This document shows, piece after piece, positions 39,448 to 49,734 of a stretch of 64,000 nt of DNA. The notes under the pieces are model-generated. The model saw nothing but the letters and a program-made list of their open reading frames with translations. It did no database searches and was not told the DNA's origin. Each line of letters opens with the position of its first letter. The first letter of the stretch is position 1. Position numbers and translations under genes: made by a program. Location: assembly GCA_028708425.1 (NCBI GenBank), contig JAQVYY010000008.1, positions 7,799-71,798 on the forward strand. Direction: 5' to 3'. This DNA comes from Bacteroidales bacterium. GTDB taxonomy: Bacteria > Bacteroidota > Bacteroidia > Bacteroidales > Tenuifilaceae.

Positions 39448-40191
39448 TTAGTTAAAGTACCTGTAATAGTTTGGTCTTAAATGTTTTGGTTTTTTATTAT
39501 TCCTCTCAAACCGCATTTTTAGTTTCAGCTCCAAACAGTTGTAATTTGTTGTTGGCGAGCCAGCGTGCCCCCAATCACTTTTTGTTGACAACCTATATCC
39601 AAGGTTAAGTCCAAGGTAATGGTCCATATTTGAAATCATCATTTTATGGTCTATTCCTATGCCTATGTTAGCAAATATAAGTGGTTCTTTATTGTATAAG
39701 TATTTCTCGTTTTTTTCTTCCAAAGAGATATCTGTGAGAACTTGGTCGAAAGTTAAATCTGTTAAGGTCTCAGTAAGTTTTAGTCTGCTGTAACTAATCC
39801 CGATACCCGAATACGGGTATATCAGCCATTTTGAACTCTTTGAAATAACCCAATGCATTTCGGTGGCTAGTTCAATCATTATAATGCCTGCTTTTTTATT
39901 AATGTTTTCAGAGTTTGGAACATCTGTTTCTAGTAGGGTTACAAAATATGAGCCGTAGGAATTCTTATCAGTGAACCTCGATGTGTGTCCCATCGAAAAC
40001 CCAATAGCATTATTTTCTACTCCGCTAAACCCTGCATTTTTCAATACTTTATTAAGCGGGCTAAAGTTATAGAACCTGCCACTCGGCTCAAAAAGAAATC
40101 CTGCCTTATAACCTGTAATTGTGTCATTGTGAGAGTGTACAGAAAGGAATGAGGCGAATAGAATCAGCAAACACGTCAGTTTTTTCTTCAT
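39448..40191 (-). CDS. Hypothetical exported (probably outer-membrane) protein
   Basis: 247-aa ORF with signal peptide and beta-strand pattern. Confidence 0.65.
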   Translation of the reverse strand: MKKKLTCLLILFASFLSVHSHNDTITGYKAGFLFEPSGRFYNFSPLNKVLKNAGFSGVENNAIGFSMGHTSRFTDKNSYGSYFVTLLETDVPNSENINKKAGIIMIELATEMHWVISKSSKWLIYPYSGIGISYSRLKLTETLTDLTFDQVLTDISLEEKNEKYLYNKEPLIFANIGIGIDHKMMISNMDHYLGLNLGYRLSTKSDWGHAGSPTTNYNCLELKLKMRFERNNKKPKHLRPNYYRYFN

Positions 40192-40236
40192 AATTTACTT
40201 GCAATTTTTACTAAAAATATAATTCTAAACTACACC

Positions 40237-40655
40237 TTAAACTACCTTTGCTATACTAATAGCCTTGTCTTTATTTGTGAAGTAATAATCAGTTGCCCAC
40301 GCAACAATCAGAATTGCAATAGCAGCAACTAATATTTTCACCCAGTAGGTTTCAGTATTATGCAGAGCTATTACAAGGAATGGGAAAAGAAACCCAACCA
40401 CCATTGGGTTATATAATCTCTTAGTTATAACTATTTCCAGCTCTGTTTTTCTTCTAGCTCCATTATGACTTTAGCACTACCACCAAAACCATTCGATTTT
40501 GCTTTAACTTCTATATTGCTGCCTTCAACTGTTATTTCTTTCGTTTCGTTTTGCCCAAGTTTCTCAATAAGTTCACCATTAATATAAATTTTGAAATTGC
40601 TTTCGTCGTAGTATTTTTCCTTGTCCTTTGGTTGCTTAATAATTAGGGTGCTCAT
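40237..40655 (-). pseudogene. Hypothetical two-TM membrane protein split by a one-base frameshift in an A5 run near 40445-40450
   Basis: ORF ends EEKQSWK*; adding one A gives EEKTELEIVITKRLYNPMVVGFLFPFLVIAL...ILVAAIAILIVAWATDYYF...KVV* (139 aa). Confidence 0.6.
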
Positions 40656-40771
40656 TTTTACTTTTTTTAATCTGTAGTCAAAGGCATTAATATCAATATA
40701 TTAATTAAAATAACTCATATTTTGGCACATTGCAAAATAAACTTCACGGTTTTTTTTGAACAAAGTTGTTG

Positions 40772-40810
40772 AAAAAAGCGGGGGAGTTTGGCATCGCCAA
40801 ACTCCCCCGC
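40772..40810 (-). terminator. Intrinsic terminator of the methylmalonyl-CoA mutase operon
   Basis: 15-bp stem GCGGGGGAGTTTGGC/GCCAAACTCCCCCGC with a T run on the minus strand. Confidence 0.85.
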
Positions 40811-40836
40811 ATATATAGACCTATTGTTATGTTAAA

Positions 40837-42972
40837 TTAGTCTTCAAACTTCTGAAGTAGCAGCTCAATAATTTGCTTTCCGGCAAGAGCCACCGATGTG
40901 CCTGGGCCAAAAATGGCGGCTACACCCTCATCGTATAGGTACTGATAGTCTTGTGATGGAATTACACCACCGCAAATTACCATAATATCCTCACGACCAA
41001 GTTTTTTTAGCTCAGCCATTACCTGAGGAACAAGCGTTTTGTGCCCTGCTGCCAAGCTGGATACTCCAAGAATGTGAACGTCGTTCTCAACGGCTTGTTT
41101 AGCCGCTTCGGCGGGGGTTTGGAATAGAGGCCCTATATCCACGTCGAAACCTATATCGGCGTAACCTGTGGCCACAACTTTTGCACCACGGTCGTGTCCA
41201 TCCTGTCCCATTTTCGCAATCATTATGCGGGGCTGACGACCCTCTAGCTTTGCGAACTTATCGCATAGTTCACGGGCTTCTGCAAATACTTTATCATCCA
41301 TAGCTTCTGCTGAATAAACTCCTGAAATTGAACGAATAACGGCCTTGTAACGGCCAGCAACCTTCTCACATACATCCGAAATTTCGCCTAAGGTAGCGCG
41401 TAGTCTGGCAGCTTCAACCGATAGCTCGAGTAGGTTGCCCTCACCCGTTTTGGCGCAGTGCTCAATGGCTGCAAGTGCTTTTTGAACTTTGGCCTCATCG
41501 CGGTTGGCTTTTAGCTCTTTAAGCCTTTTTAGCTGACTTTCGCGTACTGCCGTATTATCAACATCGAGAATTTCTATTGGATCCTCTTTGTCTAGGCGAT
41601 ACTCATTTATTCCAACAATTTTATCTCTTCCCGAATCGATACGAGCCTGCTTGCGTGCTGCCGCTTCCTCAATTCTCATCTTTGGAATACCGGTCTCAAT
41701 GGCTTTTGCCATGCCGCCGAGCTCTTCAACTTCCTGTATAAGTGCCCAAGCCTTGTGTGTAATTTCGTGTGTTAACTTCTCAACGTAGTAAGAGCCAGCC
41801 CATGGGTCAACCGCACGGGTAATATCTGTCTCTTGCTGAAGATATAGCTGCGTGTTACGTGCAATGCGCGCCGAGAAGTCGGTTGGTAGAGCAATGGCCT
41901 CATCCAATGCATTGGTGTGCAAACTTTGGGTGTGGCCAAGCGCAGCAGCCATGGCTTCAATACAAGTACGCGCCACGTTGTTAAACGGATCCTGCTCGGT
42001 TAAGCTCCATCCCGATGTTTGGCTATGCGTACGTAATGCTAGCGATTTTGGATTTTTAGGATTGAATTGCTTCACAATTTTGGCCCAGAGTATACGTGCT
42101 GCGCGCATCTTGGCAATCTCCATAAAATGGTTCATGCCAATGGCCCAGAAGAACGATAGGCGAGGAGCAAATGCATCGACATCTAATCCCGAATTTATTC
42201 CAGTACGTAGGTACTCAAGCCCATCGGCTAGGGTATAAGCTAGCTCAATGTCGGCTGTGGCGCCAGCTTCCTGCATATGGTATCCCGAAATTGAGATGCT
42301 GTTGAATTTAGGCATATGCTTAGCGGCATACTGAAAAATATCGGCAATAATCCTCATTGAGAATTCGGGTGGGTAAATGTATGTATTACGCACCATAAAC
42401 TCTTTCAGGATATCGTTCTGAATTGTACCGGCTAGCTGCTCGAGGGTAGCTCCCTGCTCAAGCGCAGCACCTATGTAGAATGCCATTATGGGTAGTACCG
42501 CACCATTCATGGTCATTGATACCGACATCTTATCCAATGGAATATCATCGAAAAGAATTTTCATGTCCTCAATCGAGTCGATGGCTACACCAGCCTTACC
42601 CACATCACCTTCAACGCGTGGATGATCGCTATCGTATCCACGGTGTGTTGCTAGGTCGAAAGCAACTGATAGCCCTTTTTGCCCCGCAGCGAGGTTGCGA
42701 CGGTAAAAAGCATTCGACTCTTGGGCTGTTGAGAAACCTGCATACTGGCGAACGGTCCATGGCCTCATTACGTACATGGTGCTGTATGGTCCGCGAAGGA
42801 ATGGGGCTAGACCTGCTGCATAGTTTAGGTGCTCCATTTTCTCCAAATCGTTCTTGGTATAAACAGGTTTTACAGTAATCTTTTCAGGCGTCTCAAATCC
42901 CGCTTGCTGCGATTTTACCTTTTGGGCAGCGTACTCCTGATTTATGTTTATTTGTTTGAAATCTGGTTTCAT
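40837..42972 (-). CDS. scpA: Methylmalonyl-CoA mutase, large (catalytic, B12-binding) subunit
   Basis: [20 protein letters not shown] and MGQDGHDRG (DxHxxG) motifs. Confidence 0.97.
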   Translation of the reverse strand: MKPDFKQININQEYAAQKVKSQQAGFETPEKITVKPVYTKNDLEKMEHLNYAAGLAPFLRGPYSTMYVMRPWTVRQYAGFSTAQESNAFYRRNLAAGQKGLSVAFDLATHRGYDSDHPRVEGDVGKAGVAIDSIEDMKILFDDIPLDKMSVSMTMNGAVLPIMAFYIGAALEQGATLEQLAGTIQNDILKEFMVRNTYIYPPEFSMRIIADIFQYAAKHMPKFNSISISGYHMQEAGATADIELAYTLADGLEYLRTGINSGLDVDAFAPRLSFFWAIGMNHFMEIAKMRAARILWAKIVKQFNPKNPKSLALRTHSQTSGWSLTEQDPFNNVARTCIEAMAAALGHTQSLHTNALDEAIALPTDFSARIARNTQLYLQQETDITRAVDPWAGSYYVEKLTHEITHKAWALIQEVEELGGMAKAIETGIPKMRIEEAAARKQARIDSGRDKIVGINEYRLDKEDPIEILDVDNTAVRESQLKRLKELKANRDEAKVQKALAAIEHCAKTGEGNLLELSVEAARLRATLGEISDVCEKVAGRYKAVIRSISGVYSAEAMDDKVFAEARELCDKFAKLEGRQPRIMIAKMGQDGHDRGAKVVATGYADIGFDVDIGPLFQTPAEAAKQAVENDVHILGVSSLAAGHKTLVPQVMAELKKLGREDIMVICGGVIPSQDYQYLYDEGVAAIFGPGTSVALAGKQIIELLLQKFED

Positions 42973-43016
42973 TTGTATTTCGTTTTAATAATTTAGTTAA
43001 CGCTGAGGCACTGAGG

Positions 43017-43142
43017 TTATAATTTTTCGAAAAGGCAATGCTGATAAACCGACTCCAACAGCCCAGGTCCTAACTCCCTGTGCACATCTATGGCCGCTGT
43101 AATTACCTTTTCTGTTAACCTATTGTATTCTTCTGAAGACAT
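43017..43142 (-). pseudogene. Truncated GxxExxY-family gene (41 aa)
   Basis: MSSEEYNRLTEKVITAAIDVHRELGPGLLESVYQHCLFEKL*; contains the GLLESVY signature; below the ORF-track cutoff. Confidence 0.8.
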
Positions 43143-43188
43143 ATCTTCCTTTTCTCTGTGTCTTTGTGTCTCTATATTCCTCTTACCC

Positions 43189-45066
43189 TTAAATTATCCC
43201 CAGCTGTTTTTGATAACCTTTTAATGTTTCAAGCACATTGCTTTTAACGCTAATGAAATTAGTTATGCCTTTGGCCTCGAGAGCAGGTTGGCTGGCAGGT
43301 GCGCCAGCAACCACAAAAATGGCTTTGCCATTAATCTTTTCGAAAGCCTCAGTAGCAAGAGTTTCGTACTCATCATCGGATGAGCAGATAACCACAATGT
43401 CGCTGTTGTCATCAAGCGCAGCTTTTACGCCTTCTTCAACGGTTTTGAAACCAATGTTATCAACTACCTCAAAGCCTGCACAGGCAAAAAAGTTGCTGCT
43501 AAATTGTGCACGAGCACGACGGAAAGTAAGGTTTCCAACGGTTAGCATAAATACTTTTGGCCGCTTGCCCGAAGCATCGGTTTTGAATCTTAGCTCTTCC
43601 ATTGCTTGCGATTGGCGGTACAGGTTAAGTGGTTCGCAAGTAGCACCTTCGGCCTTCTTAACGGTTGGCTTGGTTACGGTATCAAGGGTTACCACTTTTT
43701 GGTCGGCCACCTCGTTAAAGTTTGGAAACTGATTTGTTCCCAGTACGGTTTTACGACGAGTGGCAACATTCGATTCGTGTTTGCTAGCAACCGCATTTAC
43801 CTCGTTCTGTATAAAACCTTTGGTGAACGCTTCGGTGTATCCGCCCATATCCTGAACCTTATTAAATAGGTTCCATGCATGGGTTATGATAGATTGGGTT
43901 AACGTTTCAACATAGTAACTTCCCGCAGCAGGGTCGGCAACCTTGTCGAGGTACGACTCCTCACGGAGGATAATCTGTTGATTTCGAGCAATCCTTTCAG
44001 CGAATGGAGTTTGTTCTTCGTATGGAGCATTGAATGGTAAAACATTCAAACTATGAATACCACCAAGTACTGCCGACATGGCTTCGGTTGTAGTGCGAAG
44101 CATATTTACGTAGGGGTCGTAAACGGTTTTGTTCCATGTTACGTTCTCGGCGTGGATACAAATAGCCGCTTGCTGTTTGCAACCGTATGCTTCTGCAATT
44201 TTTGCCCAGAGGTAACGTGCTGCTCTAAATTTAGCTATTTCCATAAAGTAGCTGGAACCAATACCTAAGGTAAATTTTATTTTCGAAAGTGCCTCTGCGG
44301 GCTTAATTTGCTGTTCTGTTAGCCAGTTAATATACTCAACACCCATTGAAAGGGCAAAGGCCAACTCTTGTACCACGGACGAACCGGCATTGCGGAATAT
44401 GTCGCCTCTAACGGCCAGCAACTTGAACATTGGAAGCTCGCGACCCGCTTCTATAACTTCTTTTGTGCGATTGGCAATGGTTTTTGTATCAGCGCAAAAT
44501 TTACCGTTTAGGCTTAGCGCGGTTAGCGGGCTATAGTTGAATGAGCCCTTGGCTTTTTTCGCATCAATTTTAGCCTCTTTTAAGTAGCTAATAAGCGCTG
44601 GTAGCAGCTTGCATGAGGTGCAATCCGATAAAAAGTTCACCTCGGTTTGGGTTAGGTCGATACCTTTTAGTAGGGTTGCAAGATCCTTGGTTGTAACTTT
44701 TTCGTCGAATTTGGTTCTAAACCCAACCGACTCAACACCCCTTAGATTAATAGCATCAACTGCTCGGGTGTTTGCCACCTGTAGATTTGATGCCTCAAAA
44801 TCTTGCCTAACGAGCCAATTGTTTTTTGTTGGTTGTGTACCCCTAACAAATGGAAATTCGCCCGGCAACGCATGGGCATTTTTAATTGCCTCTAGGTCCT
44901 CGGCTCGGTAGTAGGGCTTCACGCTGAAGCCCTCTATGGTTTTCCAAACCAGCTTTTTGTCGTAATCAGCGCCTTTTAGATCCTTGGTAATCGCCTCTTC
45001 CCACGCCTGCGTGCTTACTGGCGGAAATTCGTCGAATAGTTTAGAATCATTTTTCTTTTCTGCCAT
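43189..45066 (-). CDS. mutA: Methylmalonyl-CoA mutase, small subunit
   Basis: DLKGADYDKKLVW, NMLRTTTEAMSA and DPAAGSYYVE motifs; lacks the B12 His motif. Confidence 0.93.
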   Translation of the reverse strand: MAEKKNDSKLFDEFPPVSTQAWEEAITKDLKGADYDKKLVWKTIEGFSVKPYYRAEDLEAIKNAHALPGEFPFVRGTQPTKNNWLVRQDFEASNLQVANTRAVDAINLRGVESVGFRTKFDEKVTTKDLATLLKGIDLTQTEVNFLSDCTSCKLLPALISYLKEAKIDAKKAKGSFNYSPLTALSLNGKFCADTKTIANRTKEVIEAGRELPMFKLLAVRGDIFRNAGSSVVQELAFALSMGVEYINWLTEQQIKPAEALSKIKFTLGIGSSYFMEIAKFRAARYLWAKIAEAYGCKQQAAICIHAENVTWNKTVYDPYVNMLRTTTEAMSAVLGGIHSLNVLPFNAPYEEQTPFAERIARNQQIILREESYLDKVADPAAGSYYVETLTQSIITHAWNLFNKVQDMGGYTEAFTKGFIQNEVNAVASKHESNVATRRKTVLGTNQFPNFNEVADQKVVTLDTVTKPTVKKAEGATCEPLNLYRQSQAMEELRFKTDASGKRPKVFMLTVGNLTFRRARAQFSSNFFACAGFEVVDNIGFKTVEEGVKAALDDNSDIVVICSSDDEYETLATEAFEKINGKAIFVVAGAPASQPALEAKGITNFISVKSNVLETLKGYQKQLGII

Positions 45067-45336
45067 AACGTATTTTTGTTTGATTTAAAATCGTTTTGCA
45101 AATTTACTAACTATTAGCATTGTAACGATTAATAACCCTCAATAAAAGCTTCAGGGTGTTGTGAAGCATATTATTAGGGTTATCAAATACTAGAAATTGT
45201 TGTTTTCGCTTCAGCTCCGTAAATGTACTCTATAGTTTAGCTGCATGCCATTTTATTTTAACTGTTTGAATACAAAGTGGTTTAATTTAAAAAAGGGCAA
45301 ACAAACCGTTCGCCCTTTTTATGGATTGCAAATTTC

Positions 45337-46380
45337 TTACTGTATTTCAACAATGCGTCTGCTAATCTCTTTGCCATTCGCCTTTAGTTTAACAATGTAA
45401 GCCCCATCACTCAAGCTAATTTCTTTAGCTGAAAATTTAAAGGTTCTCTCCCCAGCATTTTCTGTTCCAGCGTAAATAACCTTTACAAGTTTTCCCGTGA
45501 TATCGTATACCGATAGGTTTACCTTGCTCTCTTCGGTTAGCCGGTATCTTATGTTAACAAAATCGTGGTATGGATTAGGATAAGCTTCGAGGGTTGCCTC
45601 GTTAAAGCGTTCGATATCGAGAGGTTTGGCACCCTCTTTAATGGCTATGGGGTTGTATGCGGCTTGGTTTGATGTAAAACTGCGTCCATCCTGATAGGTA
45701 GTAATTGATTCGATTAGTACCAGAATAGGGAATCGGTGCTCGTTTACGTACCAACGGTATGTTGTGGTTTCGATATTGTAGTTACGGTCATTAATTGTTT
45801 GGTCAAACGATTTTATCTCTTTCACCCTAAGGGCCTTTTCGTACACCATATTGTCTGGCAGCATAAGCGTTCCTAATCCGTCGGCTTCAACATCATAGGT
45901 GCCATTAATTACACCTAGCTGTTTTTGAGTTGTATTGTACGTACCGCTAAAATTCCCACTAAACGAATTGTTGTATGCGAAAGGGTACTTCATCTTAACA
46001 AAAGGCTTATTATAAACAATATAGGTGTTTCCGCTGGCGGTCATGTAGCCGTGTTGTTCAATCGATTTTTTTGTTGTTAAGAAGAAGAAGCTATTCCCGA
46101 ACTCTTCGAGGCGAGTATTTGATTTTGAAAATATATTTTGGCCTTTCGAATTCACGGGGCTGTCAAGTGTTCCCACGAAATTTTCGTTTAGCTTTAAGCT
46201 ACGAAAATCCCAAACCACATTCTTGCCCGATTGACCCGGTTCGGTGTAGTCGGTAATTTTCATTTCGTTAGTGTGATTTGCTACCAACCCATGTGTTTGT
46301 TGGCGAAGTACGGTTTGTGCGCTAAGGGTTACCGAGAGCGCTATACATACTAAGGTTAAGTAAAGTTGTCTCATAGTCAC
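45337..46380 (-). CDS. Secreted protein with T9SS type A C-terminal sorting domain
   Basis: Signal peptide; C-terminal YPNP...LSVYDITGKLV...GAYIVKL motif. Confidence 0.85.
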   Translation of the reverse strand: MTMRQLYLTLVCIALSVTLSAQTVLRQQTHGLVANHTNEMKITDYTEPGQSGKNVVWDFRSLKLNENFVGTLDSPVNSKGQNIFSKSNTRLEEFGNSFFFLTTKKSIEQHGYMTASGNTYIVYNKPFVKMKYPFAYNNSFSGNFSGTYNTTQKQLGVINGTYDVEADGLGTLMLPDNMVYEKALRVKEIKSFDQTINDRNYNIETTTYRWYVNEHRFPILVLIESITTYQDGRSFTSNQAAYNPIAIKEGAKPLDIERFNEATLEAYPNPYHDFVNIRYRLTEESKVNLSVYDITGKLVKVIYAGTENAGERTFKFSAKEISLSDGAYIVKLKANGKEISRRIVEIQ

Positions 46381-46462
46381 ATTTTTTTAGATTAGTAAAA
46401 CATCAAATTTTAGTGATAGTAAAAATACCAAATTCTTATGATAATTGCAAGTAAAGGTAATT

Positions 46463-46869
46463 TAACCCGCATTATTCATTAATTTTCATTGGTGTCCGGT
46501 TAATATTTATAGATTCCTCCCTACGGTTGGAATGACAGGGCGTTGAGTTGTATTTGAGAGGGGAGGGCTTGGCTAGCGGCGAAGCCGCTAGCCAAGCCCT
46601 CCCCTAAAAACTAAACATTTGTCATTGACAAAGCCATTTCTATTTTCAACGGTTTTGTCGAACATACGTTTCAGAGCAAAACGCAGTGAAGCGAAGAATC
46701 TATAATGTTTAACTTTATTTTTACCGGACAATAGTGATTAATTTTATTAAAGATGAATGCAAATGCGGGTTACCCCGACTTAGTTGAGCCCAATTTTGGG
46801 TAACAAAATTGGTTGAGAAACTTAGTCGCTGCCGGAGACAGCAATTATTCGGATGAATAGTTGGGGTTA
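46463..46869 (+). mobile_element. MITE-like repeat family 1, copy 10, interrupted by a family-2 insertion
   Basis: Left end 46463-46486; resumes at 46746 to GGGGTTA at 46869. Confidence 0.85.
46487..46736 (+). mobile_element. MITE-like repeat family 2, long 250-bp copy with 9-bp TSD ATTAATTTT
   Basis: TIRs CATTGGTGTCCGG / CCGGACAATAGTG; identical 9-mers at 46478-46486 and 46737-46745; internal inverted REP-like motifs and a perfect 22-bp hairpin at 46559-46605. Confidence 0.88.
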
Positions 46870-46897
46870 TGAGTAGTTTGGCGTTTTCGTACAAAGG

Positions 46898-49102
46898 CTA
46901 GTTACCCAAATCGGAAATGAATTTTATACGGATTAGCCTAATCTCCTCCTCTTCAAAGTCATCTTCTCCAAGGTATTCCATTGCCTCATCTATTGATTCC
47001 GTTTCGGCCTCCTCTTTAAAGTAATCATAAATTTCATCAATCTTATCCTCTTCAATATTTTGATTGATGTAGTAATCGAGGTTAATACGTGTTCCCGAGT
47101 TTACAATGGCCTCTATTTCGGTTAAAAGTTCAGAGGAATCAAGCCCTTTCGCATTCGCTATATCCTCCAAATCCATCTTACGGTCGATACTTTGTATGAT
47201 GAAAACCTTGAGGAGTGACTTGTTGGCAATGGATTTTACGATCATGTCCTGAGGCCTTATAATTTCCTTGTCTTCAACATAAACTTTGATAAGTTCGATA
47301 AACTCTTTACCGTATCGTTTGGCTTTTCCGATGCCTACCCCTGTTATATTTTGAAGTTCCTCCATGTTGGTAGGATACTGGATAGCCATATCCTCTAGTG
47401 AGGGGTCCTGAAAAACCACGAATGGCGGAAGGTTTTTCTTTTTTGCAATCTTCTTCCGCAGGTCTTTAAGCATGGCCATTAGCTCCTCGTCGTGCGACTC
47501 GCCTTTGCCTGTTTGCCCGAGGGTAATATCATCATCATCCGATTCTTCGTAGTCGTGGTCTTGGGTAAACATAATGTCGAAAGGCTCTTCAATAAACTGT
47601 CTCCCTTTTTCGGTTAGCATTAGCAACCCATAGTTCTCAATGTCCTTATCGATAAATTTCTCAACAAGGGCTTGGCGGCTAATTGCGTTCCAGAATTTTA
47701 TATCTTTTTCGGCTCCTTCGCCAAAAAATTCGAGCTTATTGTGTTTATATGATTTTATAGAGGTTGTAAGGTTTCCGCAAAGTATATTGGCGATGTGTTC
47801 TGCTTTAAACTTCTCTTTAACAGCATCAATTGTTTCGAGAAATAGTTGTAAATACTCTTTGCCCTCGAATTGGGTTTTTGGATGCAGGCAGTTGTCGCAT
47901 GAGCTACAATTTTTTTCGTGGTACTCCTCGCCGAAGTAGTGCAGAAGCATTTTTCGTCGGCATACCGATGTTTCGGCATACGATACGGTTTCGAGTAGCA
48001 GCTGTTTGCCAATTTCTTGTTCGGCAACTGGTTTACCCTGCATAAATTTTTCGAGCTTTTGAATGTCTTTATAGCTGTAAAACGTTATGCATTTGCCTTC
48101 GCCTCCATCACGTCCAGCTCTGCCTGTTTCCTGATAATATCCCTCAAGGCTTTTAGGTATATCATAGTGTATTACAAACCTCACATCGGGCTTGTCAATA
48201 CCCATGCCGAATGCAATTGTAGCAACAATCACATCAACCTCTTCCATAAGAAACTTATCCTGATTTCCGCTGCGGGTTTTTGAGTCCATCCCGGCATGAT
48301 AGGGGAGCGCCTTTATATCGTTAACCTGGAGGGTTTCAGCAACCTCTTCAACCTTTTTGCGACTTAAGCAGTATATAATGCCCGATTTTCCGGAGTTATT
48401 TTTTATAAACTTAATAATTTCGCGGGTGGTATTTACTTTGGGGCGAACCTCGTAGTATAAATTAGACCTGTTGAATGATGATTTGAATACATTGGCATCG
48501 AGCATTCCCAGGTTTTTTTGTATATCGTGCTGTACCTTAGGGGTTGCGGTTGCCGTAAGGGCAATTATTGGAGCGTTCCCTATTTCGTTAATGATGGGCC
48601 TTATGCGTCGGTATTCTGGTCTAAAATCGTGACCCCATTCCGATATACAGTGCGCCTCGTCGACTGCGTAAAAAGAAATTGTAACCTGTTTTAAGAACTC
48701 TATATTCTCTTCTTTGGTAAGCGATTCGGGTGCAACGTATAGTAACTTGGTTTGGCCGCTAAGCATGTCCTGCTTAACTTTTTGAACCTGAGTTTTGTTT
48801 AACGATGAGTTGAGGAAATGGGCTATCCCATCCTCCGAGCTAAACCCTCGCATGGCGTCAACCTGGTTTTTCATTAGGGCAATTAGCGGCGATATTATTA
48901 TGGCAGTACCCTCGCTTATTAGTGCGGGTAGCTGGTAGCAAAGAGATTTTCCTCCCCCTGTAGGCATAAGCACAAAGGTATCATTTCCGGCAAGCACATT
49001 ACGGATTATAACCTCCTGATTGCCCTTAAAACTACCAAAACCGAAATACTTGCTAAGATGTTTTGATAACGATATTTCCGATTCAAATTTTACTGTTGAC
49101 AT
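46898..49102 (-). CDS. recQ: ATP-dependent DNA helicase RecQ
   Basis: MPTGGGKSLCYQ, DEAHCISEWGHDFRP and QETGRAGRDG motifs; HRDC domain. Confidence 0.97.
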   Translation of the reverse strand: MSTVKFESEISLSKHLSKYFGFGSFKGNQEVIIRNVLAGNDTFVLMPTGGGKSLCYQLPALISEGTAIIISPLIALMKNQVDAMRGFSSEDGIAHFLNSSLNKTQVQKVKQDMLSGQTKLLYVAPESLTKEENIEFLKQVTISFYAVDEAHCISEWGHDFRPEYRRIRPIINEIGNAPIIALTATATPKVQHDIQKNLGMLDANVFKSSFNRSNLYYEVRPKVNTTREIIKFIKNNSGKSGIIYCLSRKKVEEVAETLQVNDIKALPYHAGMDSKTRSGNQDKFLMEEVDVIVATIAFGMGIDKPDVRFVIHYDIPKSLEGYYQETGRAGRDGGEGKCITFYSYKDIQKLEKFMQGKPVAEQEIGKQLLLETVSYAETSVCRRKMLLHYFGEEYHEKNCSSCDNCLHPKTQFEGKEYLQLFLETIDAVKEKFKAEHIANILCGNLTTSIKSYKHNKLEFFGEGAEKDIKFWNAISRQALVEKFIDKDIENYGLLMLTEKGRQFIEEPFDIMFTQDHDYEESDDDDITLGQTGKGESHDEELMAMLKDLRKKIAKKKNLPPFVVFQDPSLEDMAIQYPTNMEELQNITGVGIGKAKRYGKEFIELIKVYVEDKEIIRPQDMIVKSIANKSLLKVFIIQSIDRKMDLEDIANAKGLDSSELLTEIEAIVNSGTRINLDYYINQNIEEDKIDEIYDYFKEEAETESIDEAMEYLGEDDFEEEEIRLIRIKFISDLGN

Positions 49103-49323
49103 TCTCCTGCTGTAATTATTCCTTTTTAATTTTATGTACCCATAAATTGATGTTTTTGCCCGAGTACGATTAATGTTGTTTCTGTATTTATAAAGGTAAC
49201 AAATCTTAACCGATTTATCTATTCATTTGCCCAATCTTTTTAGTTTGTGTGAAACTTGTGTTGTTATATATGAATAAACGAGTAGTTGTTAACTACACGC
49301 TTTCAGGGTTGCTAACCTACTAT

Positions 49324-49472
49324 TAACCCGCATTATTCATCAGCTTTGTTAAAGAATGAATGCAAATGTGGGTTACCCCGACTTAGTTGAGCCCAATTTT
49401 TGGTAACAAAATAGGTAGTGAAGCATAGTCGCTGTCGGTAACAGCAATTGTTCGAATGAATAATTTGGGTTA
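49324..49472 (+). mobile_element. MITE-like repeat family 1, copy 11
   Basis: TTAACCCGCATTATTCATC...GAATAATTTGGGTTAA. Confidence 0.88.
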
Positions 49473-49734
49473 ATAGTACAAAGCTGACGCAAAATGCTGT
49501 TTCTTAATTGCATTATTTGATTTTTTCTTTGTTTATAGAATTTCTTAAATACGCCAAAACGCATTGTACTGTAAAAAGGTTCGTTAACCTTAACCCATAA
49601 ACATGTGTAAAATTATAAATAAATTAGTTCTTTTAGGGTTACGTTGATATAAATCACCCTATTTTCGAAGGCAGCTAAACAACAATTGATTTAAGTGGGT
49701 GTTTTGCCTAGCTTAGTGGTTGAAGTGGATGTGG

